From an uncultured Actinomycetota bacterium (GTDB taxonomy: Bacteria; Actinomycetota; Actinomycetes; S36-B12; UBA10799), in the NCBI GenBank assembly GCA_963818505.1, contig CAWFSJ010000001.1, positions 155,096-219,095 on the forward strand: a stretch of 64,000 nt of DNA, in the 5' to 3' direction. Of this stretch, positions 36,801 through 45,914 are shown piece by piece. The translations under genes were made by a program, and so were the position numbers. Below the pieces are notes generated by a model, which saw only the letters and a list, made by a program, of their open reading frames with translations, searched no databases and was not told where the DNA came from. Within the stretch, counting starts at the first letter, position 1. The number at the start of each line of letters is the position of its first letter.

Positions 36801-37988
36801 TCGCGGACATTGCGCGGAATCAGGTTGGTCAACCGGGACGGACTCAACGCGTCCTCGCCGTTGGAACTGCAGGTGCAGGCTGGAGGCGAATTATTCACCG
36901 GCTTCACCGATCAGAGAGGGCTCTTCCGCTTCAACCCCGTCGAGGCCGACGAGGTGGAGGTCACGTTCCTGTCGGGCAACCAGGTCAGGATCGCGATCCG
37001 ACTTGGGCGAGTTCGGACTTCCCCTCGGGGTGTCTCGGAGGTCGCCTTGATCGGTGCGGACGACTTGCGGCGAGCACTGCCGATGGACGAGCAGTTGTCC
37101 CTGCCCTGCGGGATCGGCCCGGATGTCGTGATCGATGGTGACACCGTGAGCCGCACATCCGTGTCGGGCCGGGTTGAGGACTTCATGCGAGGTAGAACGC
37201 TGAATGCGCAGGCGTGTTCCGAACCGATGACCATTCCGGCGGGGGAGCACCGGGTGGAAGTGGTCAGCAGCACGGCCTTCCAACCTCTCGTGGCTGCGTT
37301 CGCCCCCGAGCAGGAATACGGACCGACGGGCCGGCCGGAATCTCCGTCGATACAGACCTGGGACGCCACCAAGCGCACCGCCGAGCTACCCCAGTCCGAC
37401 CAGAACCGGGTGCTCGAGCTTGCTGAGAACTTCAATCCGGGTTGGAGTGCCACAGTCGGTGACCAGGCACTCGCGCCGCTGCGTGTTGACGGTTGGAAGC
37501 AGGCGTTCGTCGTGCCCGCGGGGGTTTCTGGACCGACCACGATCACTTTCGCGCCGAACAGCACCTACCGCTGGGGGCTTCTTGCTGGACTGGTCGGAGT
37601 GCTGGTCGTGCTTGGGCTGGCCCTGCGACCACCCCGGACGGTGTCGACTGCTGCCACCAGTGTGCGGGCTCTTCCGCGCGTCTTGACCGTGCTGGTCGGC
37701 CTGGCGGTCGTGCTCGTGCTGGGGCCTTGGGGACTGCTTGCCTGGGCGGTCGCCACGCTGCTTGTCCGCAGGTTGAACCTCCCAGTCGTCGCCTTCGTGG
37801 CCGTGACCGTCGCCGTGCTGCTGTCGGCGGTTGCTGGTGTCAGGCCCGCGTCCGTGGTGGTTGTTCTGCAGGGGTGTGCTCTAGCGACGGCTCTGGCGGC
37901 GCTTGCGTGGGCGGCGCAGCGTGACCGGACCGGGGCCAGCGCAGACGGCGCGACGAGTGGGAGTAGCGCTGCGCCGGACGTTCGATGA
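33883..37988 (+). pseudogene. AftD-like (DUF3367 / alpha-(1->3)-arabinofuranosyltransferase family) giant GT-C protein, reading frame broken twice
   Basis: The N-terminus [57 protein letters not shown] is the hallmark of this family and is followed by many TM segments. The coding signal passes from frame 1 (to about 36258) to frame 2 (about 36260-36691) to frame 0 (about 36693-37988). The frame-0 part includes a discoidin-like block GLAAFDRDLGTAWQAAPDDKQPSITIGL and a C-terminal TM anchor. The three pieces sum to about 1370 aa, the expected family size. Confidence 0.8.
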
Positions 37989-39141
37989 GCACGTAACTCA
38001 CATGCGCGAAGCCGACGGTGCCCAGCACTGTCAGCGGCCACAGCAACCAGAACCACCCGCTGAAGCCGGGGATGCCGAAGAGGTGTGAAGCGCTCTCCAG
38101 TACAAACAGGTGCCACAAGAAGATGCCGTACGAGATTGTTCCGAGGTATGCCATCAGCGGTGAGGCGAGGAACTTGCGCCAGTTGCCCCAGCCGTCGGTA
38201 CCGAGGAACCCGGGCATCAGAAAGGCCACGGCCGCGAACAGGTACAGGTAGTGGCGCATGAATGCCTGTGACGCCGACCCCTCGCCGAACGTGTATGGAC
38301 CGGCCAATGGCGTGGTCGCGAGCAAGAAGAAGCCCGCGGCAACCACCAGGCAGGTGCCCACGTCGTCGGCCAGCCTGTTCACGGCGCGCATCCAGGCCGG
38401 CGGGTCTGGCAGTTGCAGCCTGTTGTGGACCACGGCGAAGAACATCCCGGCCGCGAACCAGTCCATGAACGCTGGGAGCCACATGTTCACCACCCCGAGG
38501 TCATGCAACGGGGAAAGTGTGCGCAGGAGCAGCCAGACGAAGGCCACGGCCACGCAGGTGCCCAGCAGCCACAGTTGCCGACGGACACTCGCGTCGATGT
38601 CCCCGCGATGTCGACGCCCCACCCACCACGCGAGCAGAGGCAGTACGAGATAGAACGAGAGTTCGGTGGCCAACGACCAAGTCTGCGTCAGGCCGTTTAT
38701 GAGTAACTCGGGGTAGTAGATCTGCGTCAGTGTCAGGTGCGCGAACCAGTGCTTCGGAAGCACCTCGATCCCGGGCATCACGGCGAGTACGACCACCACG
38801 AGCAGCATGTAGGCGGGAAGGATGCGCCACAGGCGACGACGGAAGTAGGTCCGGGTAGCCGGCCATTTCGTGTCACGCATAGCGGCTAGGGACCACGGAC
38901 GGAAGAGCAGGAATCCCGAGAGGAGGAAGAAGATTGTGACGCCGATGTCCAAGCGCGAGAAGGCGTGCCCCCAGGCCGTAACGACGACGACACCGCTGAA
39001 GTAGGCGACGTGTGTGGTGACCACGACGAGGGCGGCGATCGCGCGATATCCGTCCAGCGTGCTGAAGCGATGCGGGACCACTGTTTCGATGCGGAAGAAG
39101 CTTCTCAGAGCGTTCCGCCGCTCGGCAAGGCCCATGGTCAC
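37840..39141 (-). CDS. Acyltransferase family 3 (OafA/YrhL-type O-acyltransferase) membrane protein
   Basis: RFSTLDGYRAIAALVVVTTHVAYF, FFLLSGFLLFRPW and TWSLATELSFYLVLP are acyltransferase-3 signatures; 433 aa. Confidence 0.85.
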   Translation of the reverse strand: MTMGLAERRNALRSFFRIETVVPHRFSTLDGYRAIAALVVVTTHVAYFSGVVVVTAWGHAFSRLDIGVTIFFLLSGFLLFRPWSLAAMRDTKWPATRTYFRRRLWRILPAYMLLVVVVLAVMPGIEVLPKHWFAHLTLTQIYYPELLINGLTQTWSLATELSFYLVLPLLAWWVGRRHRGDIDASVRRQLWLLGTCVAVAFVWLLLRTLSPLHDLGVVNMWLPAFMDWFAAGMFFAVVHNRLQLPDPPAWMRAVNRLADDVGTCLVVAAGFFLLATTPLAGPYTFGEGSASQAFMRHYLYLFAAVAFLMPGFLGTDGWGNWRKFLASPLMAYLGTISYGIFLWHLFVLESASHLFGIPGFSGWFWLLWPLTVLGTVGFAHVSYVLIERPAQRYSHSSRRLRWPRSGHAAPPTQAPPEPSLEHTPAEQPPRTRA

Positions 39142-39247
39142 CAGGCAAGGCTACTTCTTAAGGGCGTGTCTTCCCATCATGCTGCGAAACACTTCTCTGA
39201 TCCGATAGCGTTCCGTTTGCTGATGGTCAGCCGACGATGGAGGCGTA

Positions 39248-40306
39248 ATGAAGCGAGTGGTGGGACTCATCCTGCTGGCGCTCGGTGTGATGTTGCTGGT
39301 GCTAGCTCCTTTGCTGAAGTTCTATGTTTTGCCCAGCGCAGCAAAAACCCCGACCGACCAGTACACCGAATCGACAGCTGACGTGACTTTCCGTCAGTTG
39401 CTTGTGCCGGCGAAGGTGGCTGCCGGTGACCCGGATCCGTATGACAGGGATGTTGCCGCGACCCAGTCCATCTTCGTACGCGGAGACGTCCCGGCGGCCG
39501 AGCAGCCAGAAGCGAAGTCCGAGGATCTTGCGGTTTTCGACTACTTCATGCGCGTGAACAACAACGACACCGGTGAACTGATCACCGCGTCCACTGCCCG
39601 ATACCCGTTCGACCGGGTCTCTTCCGAACTGGCCAATTGCTGTGGGGCCAGCGTCGATGACGAGCCAGTCGACATGACCGGAAGCATCTTGCCGATCAAG
39701 TGGGCCTTCGATCTGCAGCAGACCGACTACCAGGTCTTCAACTCCTCGATCAAGGGGCCGACCACTTGGTCGTTCCAGGGCGAGGAGAACGTGTTCGGGA
39801 TCAACACGTACGTGTACACCAACGAAGTCACCCCGACCATGGTCGGCACCCTTGAGGTCCCGACCGCAGCCATCCCCGGCGAGAAGAAGAACGCCGAGGG
39901 CAACACGGTCCTTGACGAGATGTACTCCTCGAAGAGCACCTACTGGATGGATCCGGTCACCGGCCAGATCGTCAAGGGTGAGTCCAGCGAGTTCACGACT
40001 TACGACTCCGATGGAGAGCAGAAACTCGTCAAGGCCGACTACACCGGTGTCAGCGGCGATCAGGAGAGCGCTGACGACATCGCCGCGTTGGCAGGTCTGG
40101 TCACTTTGATCGGAACCACTCTTCCGCTCGTGTTCGGTGTCCTGGGGATCGTGTTGATCGTCATCGGCCTGCTTCTGCTGCGAGGCGGAAAGAAGGAGAC
40201 CGATTCCACAGGTCGCGACGAAGATCTCGTCCCGGCCGGAGGCGGATCGTCAACCGACACCGCGACCCAGGTGTTGAACGACACCAAGAAGCCCGACACC
40301 ACTTGA
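39248..40306 (+). CDS. DUF3068-like envelope protein (N-terminal and C-terminal TM anchors)
   Basis: MKRVVGLILLALGVMLLVLAPLLKFYVLPSAAKTPTD is the typical DUF3068 N-terminus. A C-terminal TM segment (LPLVFGVLGIVLIVIGLLLL) is followed by a charged tail. Confidence 0.55.
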   Translation: MKRVVGLILLALGVMLLVLAPLLKFYVLPSAAKTPTDQYTESTADVTFRQLLVPAKVAAGDPDPYDRDVAATQSIFVRGDVPAAEQPEAKSEDLAVFDYFMRVNNNDTGELITASTARYPFDRVSSELANCCGASVDDEPVDMTGSILPIKWAFDLQQTDYQVFNSSIKGPTTWSFQGEENVFGINTYVYTNEVTPTMVGTLEVPTAAIPGEKKNAEGNTVLDEMYSSKSTYWMDPVTGQIVKGESSEFTTYDSDGEQKLVKADYTGVSGDQESADDIAALAGLVTLIGTTLPLVFGVLGIVLIVIGLLLLRGGKKETDSTGRDEDLVPAGGGSSTDTATQVLNDTKKPDTT

Positions 40307-40326
40307 TCTGGTAGCCATCAGCAGCA

Positions 40327-40364
40327 GGGGCGGTCCCACCGATGGGTGGGGCCGCCCCTTCGCT
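40327..40364 (+). terminator. Intrinsic terminator upstream of the rpsA leader
   Basis: GGGGCGGTCCCACC (40327-40340), loop GATG, then GGTGGGGCCGCCCC (40345-40358) with one G-U pair. It is followed by TTCGCT. Confidence 0.65.
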
Positions 40365-40479
40365 ATGCTTGATGAGGGCGTTTGCCCTGACAGCGTCGTG
40401 CCGTGAAACCCGGACCTAGGGGTTTCATGCAGCGGTTCGGCGCCGAGACACCTACTAACAGACCGGCTATCACCACTTC

Positions 40480-41952
40480 ATGACTGACAACCCCGACCTC
40501 ACCGCAGTACCCACTTCCTCTTCGGCCCGTCAAGTGGCCGTCAACGACATCGGCGACACCGAGGCCCTTCTGGCCGCCATCGACGAGACGATCAAGGACT
40601 TCAACGATGGTGACATCGTCGAGGGCGTCATCGTCAAGGTCGACCGCGACGAGGTCCTCTTGGACATTGGCTACAAGACCGAAGGTGTCATCCCGGCTCG
40701 TGAGCTGAGCATCAAGCACGATGTCGACCCGTCCCAGGTCGTGGAGGTCGGTGACCGCGTCGAGGCTCTCGTCCTTCAGAAGGAGGACAAGGACGGCCGT
40801 CTGATGCTGTCCAAGAAGCGTGCCCAGTACGAGCGCGCATGGGGTGACATCGAGAAGGTGAAGGAAGCCGACGGTGTTGTGACCGGAACCGTGATCGAGG
40901 TCGTCAAGGGTGGCCTGATCGTGGATATCGGTCTGCGCGGCTTCCTGCCCGCATCGCTGGTGGACATGCGTCGGGTGCGCGACCTGCAGCCGTTCGTCGG
41001 ACAGGAACTTGAGGCCAAGATCATCGAACTGGACAAGAACCGCAACAACGTGGTGCTGTCCCGTCGCGCATTCCTCGAGCAGACCCAGTCGGTCGTACGC
41101 ACTGGTTTCCTGAACCAGTTGCAGAAGGGCCAGGTGCGCACCGGTGTGGTGTCCAGCATCGTCAACTTCGGCGCCTTCGTCGATCTCGGCGGCGTGGACG
41201 GTCTCGTGCACGTCTCCGAACTGAGCTGGAAGCACATCGACCACCCGCAAGAGGTTGTCGAGGTCGGCCAGGAGGTCACCGTCGAGGTTCTCGACGTGGA
41301 CATGGACCGGGAGCGGGTCTCGCTGTCGCTCAAGGCGACGCAGGAGGACCCGTGGCAGCACTTCGCACGCACCCACGCCATCGGCCAGGTCGTGCCCGGC
41401 CGGGTCACCAAGTTGGTGCCGTTCGGCGCGTTCGTCCGTGTGGCCGAGGGCATCGAGGGCTTGGTGCACATCTCCGAGCTGGCTGAGCGCCACGTGGAGA
41501 TCCCCGAGCAGATCGTCCAGGTCGGCGACGAGATCTTCGTGAAGGTCATCGACATCGACCTCGAGCGCCGGCGCATCAGCCTTTCGCTGAAGCAGGCGAA
41601 CGAGGACGCTGGTGCGGAGACCACCGACGAGTTCGACCCCTACCTGTACGGCATGCCCGCCTCGTACGACGAGAACGGCGCGTACATCGGCCCCGAGGGC
41701 TTCGACCCCGTCAGCGGTGAGTGGAAGGTCGGCTTCGAGGACCAGCGCACCGAGTGGGAGCAGCAGTACCAAGAGGCCTACGCACGCTGGCAGCAGCACA
41801 AGGAGCAGATCTCGGAGGCCAAGAAGGCCGACGAGGAGGCCGAGGCCGGTGGCGACTACACCGCCGCACCAGTCGAGCCGTCGGGTTCCTTGGACGAGGA
41901 CGCGAATGAGGCCCTTGCGGCGCTACGGGAGAAGCTGCAGAGCGAGAGCTGA
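40480..41952 (+). CDS. rpsA: 30S ribosomal protein S1
   Basis: 490 aa with four clear S1 repeats (for example GDIVEGVIVKVDRDEVLLDIG and GQVRTGVVSSIVNFGAFVDLGGVDGLVHVSELS) and an acidic C-terminal tail. Confidence 0.97.
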   Translation: MTDNPDLTAVPTSSSARQVAVNDIGDTEALLAAIDETIKDFNDGDIVEGVIVKVDRDEVLLDIGYKTEGVIPARELSIKHDVDPSQVVEVGDRVEALVLQKEDKDGRLMLSKKRAQYERAWGDIEKVKEADGVVTGTVIEVVKGGLIVDIGLRGFLPASLVDMRRVRDLQPFVGQELEAKIIELDKNRNNVVLSRRAFLEQTQSVVRTGFLNQLQKGQVRTGVVSSIVNFGAFVDLGGVDGLVHVSELSWKHIDHPQEVVEVGQEVTVEVLDVDMDRERVSLSLKATQEDPWQHFARTHAIGQVVPGRVTKLVPFGAFVRVAEGIEGLVHISELAERHVEIPEQIVQVGDEIFVKVIDIDLERRRISLSLKQANEDAGAETTDEFDPYLYGMPASYDENGAYIGPEGFDPVSGEWKVGFEDQRTEWEQQYQEAYARWQQHKEQISEAKKADEEAEAGGDYTAAPVEPSGSLDEDANEALAALREKLQSES

Positions 41953-41961
41953 GCGACTTAC

Positions 41962-42007
41962 CCGAAGGGTGTAGTTGAGTCCACGCGGACTTGGCTACAC
42001 CCTTCGG
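41962..42007 (+). terminator. Long hairpin after rpsA
   Basis: CCGAAGGGTGTAG (41962-41974) pairs perfectly with CTACACCCTTCGG (41995-42007). The loop contains a nested AGTCC/GGACT stem. There is no clear U-tract. Confidence 0.5.
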
Positions 42008-42080
42008 CCATTCCTGAAGCGCTCGACGGTCGCGGTGCCGGTCGCAACGCCGGCGCTGCGTTTGTGCCAGAGTTGCTGCG

Positions 42081-43988
42081 ATGAGCGCAGTTGACCAGCA
42101 CAGTTCGCAGCACAGAACTGTGGGTGTGAAGGGCCCCGGCCGGATCGCCGGACTCGATGGTCTTCGTGCGGTTGCCGTGGTTGCGGTGATGCTTTTCCAC
42201 ACCGCGGCGACGCCGTTGCAGGGCGGGTTCCTTGGGGTCGATGTGTTCTTCGTCCTCAGCGGATTCCTGATCGCAGGAATACTGCTGGAGGAACGGCAGC
42301 GAACGGGAGGGATAGCCCTCGGGGCGTTCTGGTTGCGCCGTGCTCGGCGATTGGCCCCGGCGTTGCTATTGCTGCTCGTGGCTGTAGGTGTGGCTCGTCT
42401 GGCGGTGCCCCACCCCGATCCGGCTGATGGACGTGCCCAGATCCTCGCCGCGCTTACCTACACGACGAACTGGTTCCAGATCGCCTCCGGCAGCGACTAC
42501 TTCAGTCAATTCGGCCAGAGCCAACCGCTTATGCACACGTGGTCCTTGGCGATCGAAGAACAGTTCTATCTGTTCTTCGCCGTGCTGATGGCGGTCTTAC
42601 TCAGGCGTGTCAGTACGCGGACGACAATGACGGTGTTCGTAGGTCTGATTGTTGTCTCCGCGGCCTGGATGTCCGCACTGTCGCAAGCAAACCCGGTGTG
42701 GGCTTACTACGCGACCACGACACGTGTACAGGCCCTGCTGGTCGGTGCTGTGCTCGCTGTGCTCGTGAGACGTTCCGGGCGTAGGCAGGTCAGCGGCGGT
42801 CGTGCGTTCTCTCTCGCCGGCTGGGTCGGTGGCGCAGTTCTGGCAGCATGCTTCATCAGCCCCCTGTCCAACGAGATGATGTTTCGCGGGGGATTCTTGC
42901 TGGTCGCCGTGGCGTCGGCGATGGTGATCCTCGGCATCCTCCAGGGCGGGACCTTGGCCTCTCTTCTTTCGTGGCGCCCGCTTGTCGCCCTGGGAACGAT
43001 CTCATACGGCGTCTACCTGTGGCACTGGCCCGTGTTCCTGCTACTGGGCGCAGACGACTCCGGTGGGCCCGGTTGGATGAAACAGGTGTGGGCCTTCGTC
43101 CTGACCGTCGTGGTGGCCGCGGCGTCGTACTTCTGCCTGGAAGGACCAGTCCGGCAGGGTAGGTTCGTGGCTCTTCCTCCCGCGAGGCAATGGGCTGTTT
43201 ATGGCATCGCGTCAGCAGGGGTAGCTCTTCTGGCGCTGCTTCCGGCCCGCACACCTGAAGGACCAGAGCAGATCGTTTGGCCCCAGGCATCTGAGGTACC
43301 CGCGCGCGTCCTCATTGGTGGGGATTCAGCGATGTTCGCCCTGAACAAGTACTTCCCGCGCGATCTGTATCCGGACACGTTGGCGGATGGGCCTGTGTCA
43401 CTGGGGTGCGGATTCATGGAGATCCCGTTCTCGCGCAAGGGCGGGGTAGAGCTCACGGAGAAGTGCCGAGGCTGGCAGGACGCTTGGCGGCAGAAGGTCA
43501 ACGAAGTTGACCCGCAGGTCTCATTCATCGGCAGCACTGTCTGGGACTCGTTCGACCGTCTCGTGGGCGACGTGATCTACGCGCCGGGTACACCGGGATT
43601 CGACCAACCGTACATTGCCGCATACAGGCAGGCCATCGCGTTGGCTGGGCGGAACGGCCAAATTCCTGTCTACGTTGCAGGTCAGCCGTGTATGGCCAAT
43701 TCCGTGGACCCGATGTTGAATGAACCGCTGAGAGCGCGCAAATTGGACGAACTGACCCGTGCTGCGGTCGCTGGGATGCCGAATGCCTATTACTTCGAGA
43801 CCCGGTCCTTCACGTGCGCATCGGACGGGACCGCCTTAGGCGTTGCTGAGCGACGGCGTCTGCGTGATGACGGAGTGCACTGGAACCAGTACGGAGCACA
43901 GGTCTTCTGGTCGCTCGCTTTGTCTGAGATGGTTCGGGACCAGCGCGCCACACCGTCCGTGCCACCGACCCCTGAGCCCAGTAAGTAG
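42081..43988 (+). CDS. Acyltransferase family 3 membrane domain fused to a C-terminal SGNH-like domain
   Basis: IAGLDGLRAVAVVAVMLFH, FFVLSGFLIAGILL, HTWSLAIEEQFYLFF and ISYGVYLWHWPVF, then a soluble region of about 250 aa beginning VLIGGDSAMF. Confidence 0.85.
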   Translation: MSAVDQHSSQHRTVGVKGPGRIAGLDGLRAVAVVAVMLFHTAATPLQGGFLGVDVFFVLSGFLIAGILLEERQRTGGIALGAFWLRRARRLAPALLLLLVAVGVARLAVPHPDPADGRAQILAALTYTTNWFQIASGSDYFSQFGQSQPLMHTWSLAIEEQFYLFFAVLMAVLLRRVSTRTTMTVFVGLIVVSAAWMSALSQANPVWAYYATTTRVQALLVGAVLAVLVRRSGRRQVSGGRAFSLAGWVGGAVLAACFISPLSNEMMFRGGFLLVAVASAMVILGILQGGTLASLLSWRPLVALGTISYGVYLWHWPVFLLLGADDSGGPGWMKQVWAFVLTVVVAAASYFCLEGPVRQGRFVALPPARQWAVYGIASAGVALLALLPARTPEGPEQIVWPQASEVPARVLIGGDSAMFALNKYFPRDLYPDTLADGPVSLGCGFMEIPFSRKGGVELTEKCRGWQDAWRQKVNEVDPQVSFIGSTVWDSFDRLVGDVIYAPGTPGFDQPYIAAYRQAIALAGRNGQIPVYVAGQPCMANSVDPMLNEPLRARKLDELTRAAVAGMPNAYYFETRSFTCASDGTALGVAERRRLRDDGVHWNQYGAQVFWSLALSEMVRDQRATPSVPPTPEPSK

Positions 43989-43997
43989 TCTGAGCAG

Positions 43998-45800
43998 GTG
44001 GTTCTGACCTCCCAGATATCGCAGGCAGCCGACGCCCGCAGGTTGCCACCTGTGCGGACGGTGCTTTGGGTTGCGATCGTGGTCTCCTCGGCGATCAGGA
44101 TCTGGGCGATCAGCGGCAGCTTCTTCTGGCAAGACGACTACGTACACATGTGGAGTGCGTGGAATCAGCCGGCCTCGACATTCCTTCTGCAAGAGTGGAA
44201 CGGCCACTTCGAGCCCGCGTCGTGGGTCTTCTACTGGGTGTCAACACGAGCATTCCCGCAGCAGTGGTGGCCCGCAGTCGTGCTGCTTTCGGCGTTGGCC
44301 GTGGGCCTAACGCTGGCGTGGTGGTGGCTTGTGCGCACCTTGGCAGGCTCCAATTGGTACACGGTGGCCGTGACCGTCGTGTTTGCCTTCTGGCCCGGAC
44401 TGTTGGTTCCGCAGGTGTGGCTGGCCACGGGCTTAGAGATGATGGCGCTGCTGTTCGCCATACTCACGGTGGCCGCGGCCGTTCACGAGAGGGGCCGCGT
44501 CCGGGCTCTCGCGTTCGTCTTCCTGCCATTGGGCTGCATGTTCAACGAGCGTGCCCTGTATGCGGTTCCTCTGTTACTTCTCACCCTGATCATCTTCGCG
44601 AAGGGTGACGGTCTGCGCGCGCGCGTTGCGCAACGTTGGTCCAGTCACAAGAAAGTGATCGTGGGCCTCATCCTGGAGGCCGTGGCTGTCGTCTGGGTGC
44701 TCTCAGCACTGATCGGGGACACCGCCAACGACGGTCGGCTGACAGCCAAGGGCTATCTTGAGGGGCTCTGGCTCGGAGGGCCCCAGGGAGTCCTGAAGTC
44801 CCTGCTGGGTCTGGAGTTGTTCTGGCCCGACCAGAGGGTCACCACTCCACCCGGACCGGCGATGTGGGCTCAGGTGGCCACCCTGGCCGTCACGCTGACG
44901 CTCATCGTGCTCGCCTGGCGCTCCGACAGGCGACAACTGCTGATCTGCGCCGCCTCTGTCTTCGTCATGTTCGCCCTTGAGGTCCTGCTTGTGGCGGCAC
45001 TGCGCACCGACTTCATGGGCATTGCCCTGATCCGGGATCCGCGCTACACGTTCGCCACAGGCATTTTGATTCTGCTCAGCGTGTTGTCCTTCCCAGATCG
45101 GCATCCGCCGACCGGGAAAGGCCGCCGGGGCACCAAGTTGTGGATCGCGTTCGCTGCGATCATCGCGACTACGGGTTCAGTGAGCATGTTACGGATCGCG
45201 AACATAGTGGACGGTGAGAGCTCACGGGTCTGGTTGGAGACGGCCCGTGAGGCATTCGTGCAATCAGGCGCTCCGCTGGTGTCCACGCCGAGCCCTCCTG
45301 CGATGTTGGCAGGGTTCTTCATCGGGGAGACGCCGCAGGGATACCCGCAGGACCTGGGCACGACCCGCACACTGCTCGCTGTCGGTCCTGAACAACCGGA
45401 CTTCGCAAGCACAGCGGTGCTACCCGTCGCCGCCGGTCTGACAGGTGCCCCGACCGCCGTGGATATCTTCCCGGTCACCTCGAGTACCGCGCCCGGGTTC
45501 GGCGGCAACTGCTCGGTGACTCTGTCCACTGAGGATTGGACCGATGTTCCCATGGCGCCGGCCACCCTCTCGAACCCGGCGGTCGTCATCGACTACCTCG
45601 CAGCCTCGGAAACGAACGTGTTGGTGGACGTCGACGGGTGGCGCACTTCTGTCAGGGTGCCGCCCGGCTTCCAGTCGATGTGGTTCTTCCCGCCTGCGGG
45701 GCCCTTCGACGGGCTGCGGCTGAAACTCGCTGAGCCATCGGGCCGCTTCTGCGTGGGGGCGGCGAAGGCAGGTTCTCCGCAAGCCGTGAGTGGACCGTGA
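43998..45800 (+). CDS. Polytopic membrane protein, GT-C-like (paralogue 1 of 3)
   Basis: 600 aa. After the first TM segment comes FFWQDDYVHMWSAW...NGHFEPASW. About 11-13 hydrophobic segments are followed by a soluble C-terminal domain of about 170 aa. Confidence 0.5.
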   Translation: MVLTSQISQAADARRLPPVRTVLWVAIVVSSAIRIWAISGSFFWQDDYVHMWSAWNQPASTFLLQEWNGHFEPASWVFYWVSTRAFPQQWWPAVVLLSALAVGLTLAWWWLVRTLAGSNWYTVAVTVVFAFWPGLLVPQVWLATGLEMMALLFAILTVAAAVHERGRVRALAFVFLPLGCMFNERALYAVPLLLLTLIIFAKGDGLRARVAQRWSSHKKVIVGLILEAVAVVWVLSALIGDTANDGRLTAKGYLEGLWLGGPQGVLKSLLGLELFWPDQRVTTPPGPAMWAQVATLAVTLTLIVLAWRSDRRQLLICAASVFVMFALEVLLVAALRTDFMGIALIRDPRYTFATGILILLSVLSFPDRHPPTGKGRRGTKLWIAFAAIIATTGSVSMLRIANIVDGESSRVWLETAREAFVQSGAPLVSTPSPPAMLAGFFIGETPQGYPQDLGTTRTLLAVGPEQPDFASTAVLPVAAGLTGAPTAVDIFPVTSSTAPGFGGNCSVTLSTEDWTDVPMAPATLSNPAVVIDYLAASETNVLVDVDGWRTSVRVPPGFQSMWFFPPAGPFDGLRLKLAEPSGRFCVGAAKAGSPQAVSGP

Positions 45801-45914
45801 CCGATCGCACAGGGGGCGTTCGCTACGCGGGGGAGGGATAGTCATGCGCTATCAGCCATCCCTCAGCGGGCCAAGCGTCTTTCCAGGCACCAGGCGGCGC
45901 GAGGCCCGCCGATC

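Noticed and set aside
40363-41799. 478-aa ORF on the minus strand
   Set aside because: It is entirely antisense to rpsA, a certain gene. Its translation is low-complexity (Leu/Val/Asp/His-rich) with no recognisable motif. This is a typical shadow ORF in high-GC DNA.
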